From: Tubiluchus corallicola
Taxonomy: Eukaryota > Animalia > Priapulida
Assembly: GCA_030141605.1 (NCBI GenBank)
Contig: JAQGDQ010000002.1
Coordinates: forward strand, 1,984,001-2,048,000
DNA: 64,000 nucleotides
Direction: 5' to 3'
Shown: positions 53,561 through 64,000 of the stretch, in pieces
Numbering within the stretch: position 1 is the first letter of the stretch
Layout: each line of letters starts with the position of its first letter
The notes under the pieces: generated by a model
The model's database searches: none
What the model saw: the letters and a program-made list of their open reading frames with translations, nothing else
What the model was told of the DNA's origin: nothing
Translations under genes and position numbers: made by a program

Positions 53561-56500
53561 CTTACAAATAATTCATTTTGAAAGATTTGTTCATTTTTGG
53601 TGATTAGTAAATTTTCGTCTATCAAGTAAACTAACAAAATTAATTTTTCTTATTACGACCGATTACTTTGGGCAAACTCGTCCGATCAATGATCATCAAT
53701 CAAATCAAATTAATGCAGTTTTTCATTTAATGTTAACATATAATCTAACATCTGTGCCTTATATTTATATAGATTAATTCTTATACAGATAAGTTTATAT
53801 ATTTATATATGGCCAATTCGTCATCACAATTATATGGCCATCATACTAATACGTGATCATACTAATGTATAGTCATCATACATGTTGCAATCATGCCACG
53901 AGACAATGGTTAACGTGCAGGGGCAATTCTGCCTAAATAAATTACATTCTCTGATTTTACATAATTTATGGAAAAATTCTTAGAAACATTTTAGTGAGGA
54001 ATATGCATCTTTAGTGCAGTGTCATGACAATCTTGAGCTTTTGTCTTACAATCGTAGTCTTATAATGTCATATACTAACCTCACCTAAAACTCTTGCCAA
54101 ATAAGTGCATACAAATATATAAATGATGAAACATTAATCAATGACTTTAAAACTCTGCAAATGAAACAAATTTAAGAGATTTCATTAAGATACTGGTACC
54201 CACAATTACTTAAACTTGTAACTGAATCTTCATAAGTTTAATTATTAAGATTATAGTAACCAAAATTTCAACAGAAATCTAATCAAAAACGATCAATATA
54301 TATATCAGCATTATTTTTATTAAATAATTATCATACACGTAGTAAAATTGGTATGAATTATATATTTAATATGCTAGGCTGTGACAAATACTTTCATGAA
54401 AACCAATAATTATAGCTTACTAGTTTACCAATACAGCTGGTTATGTCAATGATTAATATTTCCAGTTAATGGCAGTACAACACAAAATAAGGTAGGATAT
54501 CGAAAATAAAAGGAAAAATACTCTTAATACAGCAAAACATTTGCATCAGCAAATATAACTGATTAGCTAATCAACACAATGAAAATTAATTATTTTGCCA
54601 GATAAGCAAGTAAACACCAGTTTTTATAGTAGGAAACCAAACTTAAAGAAAATAGATTCGTTACTATACTTTATAACTGCGTTTTTGTAATACCAGTTTA
54701 TTATTATATTACAAGCACAGCATAATTAAAAATTAGAATTTTGCTGCCCAATTAACCTGAAAACTAAGAACCACAGCAAAATATTATGTTACTAGATTTA
54801 CTATAATAATAATAATGATAATGATAAAACATGCCTCAAAATGACTATCCAAAAACATTTAAATTATCAATAATTTACAAACGAAGATCAGAATTGTTGG
54901 TTATAACACAGACGCCATGAACAACATCTAGCAATACCATTTCATGACAAGTAGGTGGGCTTCTAGACATTGTACATGTAACACACACAACAATACTTAT
55001 AAATTATGATAATGATGTTAGCAGAACACATAAGCATCTGCTAGTAGTTACTAGCTAATAGAACGATATTAAAATTACATTTGTCATGGGAGCACTCACA
55101 CTTGACTTAACCAATGTGCTTTTCCATTTTAGACCTAAAAACCTGAAATGAAGCCATCACTTGCCAAAATTGAAACGTGCATAATTAAGCTATAATTAAG
55201 GCTAGCCTATAACAAAACACCACGTTTAAGGCTCCTGCTGTCAGGCAATGTTCATGTTCCGATACTTCAAAGTAATACAAGCATATTACAAAGCCACAGA
55301 TAATCATGAAAATTGGAACAAGCAAAAACATTGCGTATAAAAGTAACAAAACCAATACCATTATTCACAAAGACAAAATGACCTTTTTTATTTACCTTTG
55401 CTACTTGAAAACAATTCTTACATGAAGACTTTCAAAGCTTCAAATCTCAAAATTTCAAAATTGTTGTGATTGTGTACTAAAGTACTTAATTAAAACCATT
55501 CACAAAGGTGTGCTTTACAATGGTATGTATCATTAGTGAGACGTTACGATAGCTGGAAGTGTACAAATTCAGTACCATAGGGCAGTTTTGTAAGTGCACG
55601 TAAAATTCTATTAAACTGGAGAGCGACATCATCTATTACAGGAAACACAATGTAAGACAAAGGTTAATATACTTACGGGTCACAACTAAATATTTACAAT
55701 CAGAAATATCAACAATGTTCTGTCAAATTAGAAAAGTGAAATTTCTAATTAAACTGTATTGCATTGCAAAATGGAAATTGTTTTTTATACAAAGGAAATC
55801 ATGACTGCAACATAATAATATGTCAGTGGACTTTAAGCCAATATATACTGCTTTCCATGAGTTCAGCACAAGACTACCACAACTATTTGAATTTTAAAAA
55901 TTACTGCTTGATAAAGACTATAAATTCTCCAAAGCAAGCTTAAGATGACCTCCTCGGTTATAAAAAATGGTCAAGACAATTATTGTTAAAATCAGGTGTC
56001 ACTTATAATTGAAACTATAAAAAAACCACAGGGTTAATAGAAGTTAGTATAAAGCTAACTACATGTTACAGACTAGAGAATGGTATTTTTAACCCTTAAG
56101 TTACTGATAATGCTAAAAATAGTTCCTGTTACACTGCAGGTAATGATGATGATGATAATAAATACACTAGTCAGGTGCTTAAGCATCAGCTTTAAATAAA
56201 AATATAAACGTTAACATGTTTTTATCATGTGTACGGTTAGATACACTTATAATAAAATTACTGGTGAATTGATCACCAGGGACCGTTTGTCATAAGCTTG
56301 CATCACATGTCAATTTCTGAGGTATGTCATTCTATACAACACCACATTCATTGATTACTATTACCATAACATAATGGTAGTTTCATAAGTTACTACAACA
56401 TGAGTTAGTGCAGCGTGGTACTACACAGGACAAAAAAAGTTAAACCTTATTATACGATGTTGTGGCACCTATGATGCATATCTCATAGTATGACAAAATC

Positions 56501-56629
56501 TGGCTTTAAAAATGAAGATACACTCATTTCCACTTATATGAGGCTTAAAAGCCTAAACAAGTTAAACAAGTGCACAATTACGTCAGCTTTATAATACATA
56601 TTTCCTATGGTTGAGTGCATCACGGTGCA

Positions 56630-59600
56630 TCAATCAGGCAAACTTTTCATTGTCTGTGGTGTCTTCCTGTATTGTTCTGCTGGCCCCCATATACGTATCG
56701 ATCCATCGTCAGAAACACTTGCAAGCATGCTAGGTAATGCAGGATTCCAGCTAACACAGTTCACTGTACGATTGTGACCTTGCAGCACAGAAATCGGATG
56801 CTCACGTCTTGTGTGCCAGATATAAACTTTATTATCTGCAAAGAAAAAACATGAAATAAAATTTCTAACAATGTCTTACCATATTTCAATTAGTGATGAT
56901 GAGAGAAGAATGAAGTATTATTAACATTCAATAAAGTTCACAAAAATCCTAGACTGCAAAATTATAACGATAACCTTAATATTTTGAGCAGCTTAGCATT
57001 AAGAAATTTACTTACTGGAATTCTCAATAAACCAAATAAATTACAAGAGTATGTAGCCCAAATTAAAAAAATTAAATTACAAGTAGTGATCTACAGAATT
57101 CGTAAGAATTATCACAGGCATAATACCATGGAAAAAAGAAATGAAATAAAAAGATGTGACACCTTCACTACCACTAGCTACAAAGTCTTGGTTCACTCCA
57201 CCAAAACAGGAATGGATGGCATAAAAGCCCTGTGTTACTCCCTGAAACTTACGAACTAGCACTTTATCTTGCATATCCCACAAATGCACTCCCTAAAACA
57301 GACATAAAAATTAAAATTAATAAAAACTAACTAATACGCAAGCTATAAACTTATTCAAGCTACACTGTTCTAATGTATTTATTAAGCTTCAGTTTATTTA
57401 TACCTGCAAACTAATTCCATGTTTTATTTTTTGCATGGCAATGCACAATCGATTCACCATTCCAATTAAATAATTAAAATTTAAATATACACAGGATATA
57501 CGGCTAGTAATAAAGTTATCTTATATGTGCTGTAAATTATGTTACCTGACTGGCGACGTTAAGTAAGGCTAGGCGGCCATTGTCAGATACGCTGAAAGAC
57601 ATTATTGGATGATCCTCCTGAATTCTACATAGAAATCAATTATGTAAGTGAAAAACATAGAAAATAGAATGTTTTTATATTTGATAAACAAAAAAATTAA
57701 CTAAATTTTATATATAAATATATATTTATCCTTAAATACAATACAATTTTGCAGAGTAAAACAACTTTGAATTAATGAATAACAAAGTCATAAATTTAAC
57801 ATGACAATAAAACTATTGATATGATGAGCGACATGATGACAAAAGTTGTAATGGCACATGGGCTCATGTACATTGATAATTGTTTCTGATATCGTATCTG
57901 TTCTATGGGTTTTATGTATATCAATTAAGTAGTAAAACTGCATTTAACCAAAATGCAATTTTGGGAATAGCAACATAGTTAACTCCTAATAATGTTCACA
58001 AGTTGTTAATTACACGTTTGGTTACAAAAGTAAAGTATTATTACGCAGGATCTAAAAACAATATGAAAAACAAAAGAACATCTTCACGTACCAATAAGGA
58101 ATGCAAAAATAACAGTGTCTTTATTAATTTACATCATACCGATTTAAAACCTTGAATGATTGCTGTCATCTTTCATTTAAGTGTGATAAAGGAAAACATC
58201 CAACTTTTTATATTTTTGAATTAACTACATGTGTTATTATATTCTCAAAGTAACTAATTGCATATACCTGTTCTTAACACATTTTTATGTTACAAGCATG
58301 AATAAGTGTGATTAAAATTGGCATATAAACCAAGAAAATTTTAGCTAACTTTCGTACATATGAGTGTCGTTAAGCTCCTCAAAGTTATAACTGCGTATCC
58401 GATGATGGGTATCAGCAGCCAGAACTGTTTTACCGTCATTGTTACACCATACACACTGGACTCTCACACCTTCCCAGGAATCAAGAACGTTTCCATCCAA
58501 ATCCTGAATACAGCAAAAGTGTTAATCAGAGTTCTTTTCCCAGTAAGTAAACTAATACAAATACAAGATGAAACATACTTTCATAGTCTGGCAACAATAA
58601 ACCATAAAATATTGCAAAAAATATTATGTTATCACTCAGCTTGCTATTCCACTGCAGCTTTAAATATAATTTTCCTTAACTTCTCGAAGAAAATGCAACC
58701 CACTACATTCTTTGCTTTGGCATTTTTTATTGGTAGTAAAAAGTGCCCAATTTCCTACATACTGGTATTTTATAAAACATAAACGGACATTAAGAATGCC
58801 TTGTCTTGAAAAAACTAAACACCACAAGAAATGACAAACAAACTAAGCTCCAAGTCTTGAAGGTTAAGACAATTTTTTTCAAAAATGTTATAAATTTTCA
58901 TACTTTTAGACTGGCAAAAGCCTTTTCAAGATGCAGTACATACCATCAATGTTTTAGAGGTAATGCAAACAAATGAACTAATAAATAAAAATAAACAGAA
59001 TATCTTATTAAAACTTATATGAAAATGAATCGTAATAAGTCATTGCCAAGAGCATTCCCATTTACAGTAAATAGTGCCAACAAGCTTACACATTGATAGA
59101 ACTGTCCCCTGGTACCACCAGTTACAAACTTTTTGCCATCTTTATGAAAACTGCAGCAAATCAGGCTATCTTCTGGTGAATGTGACATTTTAATGCGCAA
59201 TTCGCCAGTCTGTAAATTTTAAGAAAATATTAAAATACTAGTGTAACAAAACAGAAATATGAAACTGACGGATGGAAGTCACTACCATCATTCTTTACAC
59301 CTTGTTTCTATCATTCAACTGATTAATTGTAACAACCAGCGTCATCATCTACAAACTCATTTTGTTATTAGTAAAGCTGGTGCAGTTATAACCACAATTT
59401 AAGCAAAAACAAAGCACCATAAATTGATACTCATAGCATTTATAAAAATCCTATTACATGAAAATGTAGATTCATTAGGATCAAAAGAAGATTGAAGTGC
59501 ACCACGAGTAACAAACAACAAAATATTACAAATACTCTGCAAGTAACAAGAAAAGATGTCAAGATATGGAATATGTTTGGATTATTTCTTCCAGGGAAAA

Positions 59601-62600
59601 AGAAAAATTTTACGATATTTATGTAGCAGCACAAGGAAAAATCGTAGCATTAGAAGGTATGTTGCAATAATCATTACTCAAAAAACAACGAGAAAATGTC
59701 TTTTCAGTAGTAAAAGTTTACTTTTGTACAATTATCTTTACCTCTGCGTTCCAGATCCATAAATCTGAGCAATCATCTGGACCACAAGCAGCAATGTACT
59801 TGTCATCCGGTGTCCAGCAAATATATGACACTCCATATGAGTGCCCTTCAAATGTACGCTTGTGCTTGATTTCTAGGGTCTCCTAAAATATACATTCATA
59901 TTCCAATTACATTAGATTAGTGGTAATAAAACTGCATTTAACCAAAATGTAATTTTGGGAATGGCAACACAGTTAACTCCTAATAATGTCCGCAAGTTGT
60001 TAACTACGTGTTTGGTTACAGAAGTAAAGTATTATTATGCGGGATCGAAAAATGATATGAAAACAAAAGAACATCTTCACGTACCAACAAGGAATTGAAA
60101 ACTAACAATATCTTTATTAATTTACATCATACTGATTTAAAACCTTGAATGATTGCTGTCGTGTTTCATTTAAGTGTGAGAGAAGAAAACATCCAAGTGG
60201 TCACAGTGTGTGTGGCTGAGATTATAATGAATGCTGAGTCTGCCTATCAACATGTAATTGTCACGAAATGTTTCATCTGCCACACCTGCTCTAGCTGTGT
60301 AATTATTCAAAGAAAGATGTATGTATATCTAAATATGGCTAAGACGTCTCTGCCTACCTTAGTATCCCAACTTACAGGGTTACTCATAATAATGAGCAAT
60401 GTACCAAAGCAGAAATAACACTATAGCAGTTTGTTAAGATTCTATAATACTTGCAAAATCTTCTTGTTTACACACTGTTTATTATTATTCTGCATTCAAC
60501 ACTTAATAACTCCAAAGTACCTAGAATCACCAAACTTGCAGGGAAAACAAGTGGGATAAAGCTCAGGCAGCAGTACAGTGTTCTCTGACAATGGGTCAAA
60601 AGGTCAACTTTGACGAGGTCAGTTTTTCGATTATCCTCCTAGATCACTGAATTAAGTTCAAAACAAAGTTTTACAAGTACCCGGGCACAGTGGGAGAGAC
60701 GTGCACATTGGGCTTTCAAAAACTGGGATTCTTTAAGTGTCCGAGAAAGGAGCTATAATGTGAAAATTAGGGCAACTACTTTGTCACTCAACTCCTCTCA
60801 CAATATTGGACTAGGAACCAGTGTTTATGCAAGTACAGTTTGTGTTGGTAATTGGCTAGGTGTAGCTATGCATTAAGTATCTCTTCAAAAGTGGGTGTGA
60901 CCTGGTCAGTGGAAATGTTAAAATGCAGTTAAAATGTCTGTAGCTGCACAAGTGTAGGATGCACGGTCATAAAGCTTGCAGGATAGATACCCGAATTAAA
61001 TGCTCAGATAATGGTTTACGAATGGTGACTCCTGGGTCAAAAGACACAGTAACAGGAGCAATTATGTGAAAATTAGAGACAATGGATTTGTCATTAAATT
61101 CCTCTTACTCTATTAGACAGGAGTCTATATTTTTTTGCACATACAAATAGATAAGTAAAGGCAGATGACAACTTAGTATTCTTCAAACAGTGGGTATGGT
61201 CAGGTGATGTCACACTGGCGAAAATATTAAAATAGGGTTTTGTCAATAACTGGAAAATAAACGAGGTGAAGTCACAAAGCTTGCAATTCACCTGTGTATG
61301 GGCTCAGACAACAAAAAAGTGAATGGTCACTGGGTCAAAAGAAGATTATTAGTATCATTTTTCCGTTAGGCTCTACCTCCTCCAACTTTTCTGAGTTAGG
61401 GTCATGGCTACTGGCTAGGTGGTGTCGAGTTCTTGCACATGCCTGAATATGGGTCATTTGGATATGGAAACTATTTTTCGCTAAAGGCCAAAAACCAAAA
61501 ATGGCTAGGTGAGTCTCAGATATTTTTCCACTGTTGAAAAACAGACGCTAAGTACTATATTAAATGGAAAGTCTTAATGAGACAAACTATGTGGAATATG
61601 ACAACTTCCGATATCATTGAAACAAAATGCACTTCCTAGTTAATCAAGCATGGCAAATAGAGTGACCACAAAATTATGATTTTTAACACAAAAAACTAAA
61701 GCCAGCAAACATAGTTCATAGTATATTCATGTTGTAGTTTTAGTTATATTGCAAAATCTTAAGTATATGACTTAATCTTAAACAGCACTCTAGTTAATTT
61801 TCTTTTCACACTCTAATACCAGTGGTGATGAAGAAAAAAGGAAATGAGGTAAAAATGCAAACCGGATTAACATCCCACAACATGAGTGTCTGATCTTTGG
61901 AGCCGGTAGCTAAAACTGTGCCAGTGTGATTAAACCTGCAGAACCATACCTCATCACAGTGATCATTAAGTGTCTGTACTAGAGACGATGGAAATTCATC
62001 CCTGTAAATTTAATAAACTTTTACCTTTATGTTCAAATATGGATTAAAATTCTTTGTTTTTGTAGGTGATTTCACTGATTTCACATCTCTAACTTCACAA
62101 TATACAAGTTTTAAAGCATAAAATGCCTGTGCACAAATTTGTCAATTAGACTAGCAGGTGATTTGTTTGAGAAATGATTAAAGCAAACCTGGTACAAGCG
62201 TGGTCAATCAGAAGAGATGTGTTGTGGAGAGTACTCTCTGTACAGGTATTGTGATAAGGACATTGTTCTTGCTGCAGCTGCACAGCCTGGAGGAGTAATT
62301 CTTGTAGTCGTCGTGGAGGCAACATCACAGATGGTGGAAGAAAAGCTGAAAAAATAAAAAAACTGAGTAAAATACAAGCAAACACCTGAATCAAATATGC
62401 ACAAACCTTTGAATATTGTGTAATCAATAGCTTCGAAAATCAAATTATATTTGCAGCAACGCTCTTATTGTTTTTAATGGTGAAAATAACTAGCAATATA
62501 GGCAATATTACCAGAAGATTTTGAAAAAATTTTTCAACAGCTGATTCTCAGTGTTGTGTGATAGCACCTTCACTGTTTTTATTCTACGATTAAAACAATT

Positions 62601-63394
62601 TGCAGATAAAATCCTTGATACACTCCAAACAAACTGGATACATGTAAGGCGCATGTTATTGATGCCAACTGCTGCCAATGGCGAACGCCACTAAGAAATA
62701 ACACTACCTTGTAATTTTTCCATAAGGGCTTGTCGTGACATTGCACCCTTTCCTGACCAGGACGACATCTTACGCAAATCCTCTGGATTGCTGCACATCA
62801 TGTATCTGAATAAAGCAAAACAAAAATATAAAAAAATACTGAAAATTGCATTTAAAAAAACTAGCAGTAGTTATTTCAGGACAAATTGCAGCTCACATAT
62901 GTTGTACGAGGACAGTCTGTTTCTGTAGGTGCTAACATCTCAACATAAAGCGCTGCAGCTTATACTATCATACCAAATAGATAAATGCAAAATTGTCACA
63001 AATAGCAATTTAAGACTAATTAAAAACTTACCCGCTAAGAGCATGAACTCGTTCAGTGTTATATTTTAAAGGAGTAAGTTCATGTCGTAGGCAATGCAAA
63101 GCTTCCATCACACGGCTATCCTCTAAATATTCCAGATACTTTTGCTCCAATAACAAAAACTTCATTTGCTAAAATAACAGAAATGAAATACTGAATATGC
63201 AAAATGGTAAAACACAAATTCACTAATACTGCAAGTCTAAACATTTTAATCACCCCAAAATTTTATTCTTTACAAAACTTACGTACTTATCATTATTTGG
63301 ATTATCAAAAAAGGCACTAAATCAAAAAGCATCATACCTGAATTCCTTTGTCAGTGTCAACCACTGCACTAAGTTCATTCAGATCATGCTCTGC
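56630..63394 (-). CDS. WDR26: WD repeat-containing protein 26 (GID7, CTLH E3 complex), 3' portion; upstream exons lie beyond the window
   Basis: Eleven phase-consistent exons: 63394-63338, 63168-63032, 62805-62708, 62345-62189, 62001-61863, 59882-59742, 59209-59090, 58503-58358, 57624-57546, 57292-57163 and 56835-56630. Peptides include [56 protein letters not shown] and [13 protein letters not shown]. Confidence 0.95.
57929..58203. repeat. ~270-bp intronic direct repeat, copy A
   Basis: Colinear and highly similar to 59923-60196. Confidence 0.92.
59923..60196. repeat. ~270-bp intronic direct repeat, copy B
   Basis: Colinear and highly similar to 57929-58203. Confidence 0.92.
60480..61560 (+). 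mobile_element. Probable Helentron/Helitron-associated repeat in a WDR26 intron
   Basis: Recurrent TGGGTCAAAA (~60593, 61033, 61331) and aaa(g)cttgca motifs (~60532, 60971, 61277) of the HINE type; GC is higher than in the flanks. Termini are not resolved. Confidence 0.4.
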
Positions 63395-64000
63395 CTGTTG
63401 AAATCAAACACAATTTTACATCTCCTAGATACAGATATCCCACAATAGCCTACTAACGCAATGCACAAAGTTTACATAAGCTCATAAGCAGGTTCAATAG
63501 CACCAAAAAAACTTTACAAAAAACTACACAAAATTTTTGGTTGTCCATTCACTAAAAAACAACTGCATACAGAATAACAATAGTGCGTGTTTGGTCGTGA
63601 AGTTAAACAGCACGAGGCAATATAGTACACCTGTAATCTAATTTTCTGTCATTTACAAATGCACATTCTCAGTACTACAAATCAAGCTAACAAATACATA
63701 ACAATGAAACAAAAATCCTTAAAAACAAATACGGGAATATTAAAACACAAAAAATAGTAATAACATATAGATAATAAAAGCAGCATGTATGAAAATATTA
63801 AAATCAAAAACTGATTATAAACACTGCAGAAAAAAACTAAGATAAGTTAAATATGTACAATAGTTTTAGTGATATCCTATTTATGACGTTAAGGAGTAAT
63901 AGAAATAGAAGCCAATAAAGTTGTTGTTTTGTCTTCATGAGAAATTCTAATAACATCATTTAACTCACCGAAGACTCTATGATGTGTGTTATCTGTGTGT

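Noticed and set aside
63963-64000. Minus-strand GTGAGT donor as the next WDR26 exon
   Set aside because: The adjacent sequence does not encode the expected CTLH segment (ending roughly GxWxK), and too little sequence is available to judge.

Overview
AT-rich genomic DNA from an invertebrate animal: it has spliceosomal GT-AG introns, tRNA-derived SINEs, CR1/L2/RTE LINE fragments, MITEs and a Helitron. The window has two halves. In 1-25.8 kb I could identify no protein-coding gene; this part keeps its CpGs and holds microsatellites, old repeats and several enhancer-like, motif-dense blocks. In 25.8-64 kb there are four intron-containing genes whose exons I phased by hand: DPY30 (-, 4 coding exons, 150 aa), a GPR180/TMEM145-family 7TM gene (+, 6 coding exons, 504 aa), FDX2 (-, 2 coding exons, 195 aa) and WDR26 (-, last 11 coding exons; the 5' part lies beyond the window). 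Gene bodies look CpG-depleted, consistent with mosaic gene-body methylation, and paired repeat copies show this decay directly. The most unusual structure is a ~360-bp imperfect palindrome in a DPY30 intron. It is made of two outward-facing tRNA-like Pol III units, and a related single unit lies in the FDX2 intron. I found no CRISPR array or prokaryotic system. All calls come from reading the sequence; no searches were run.
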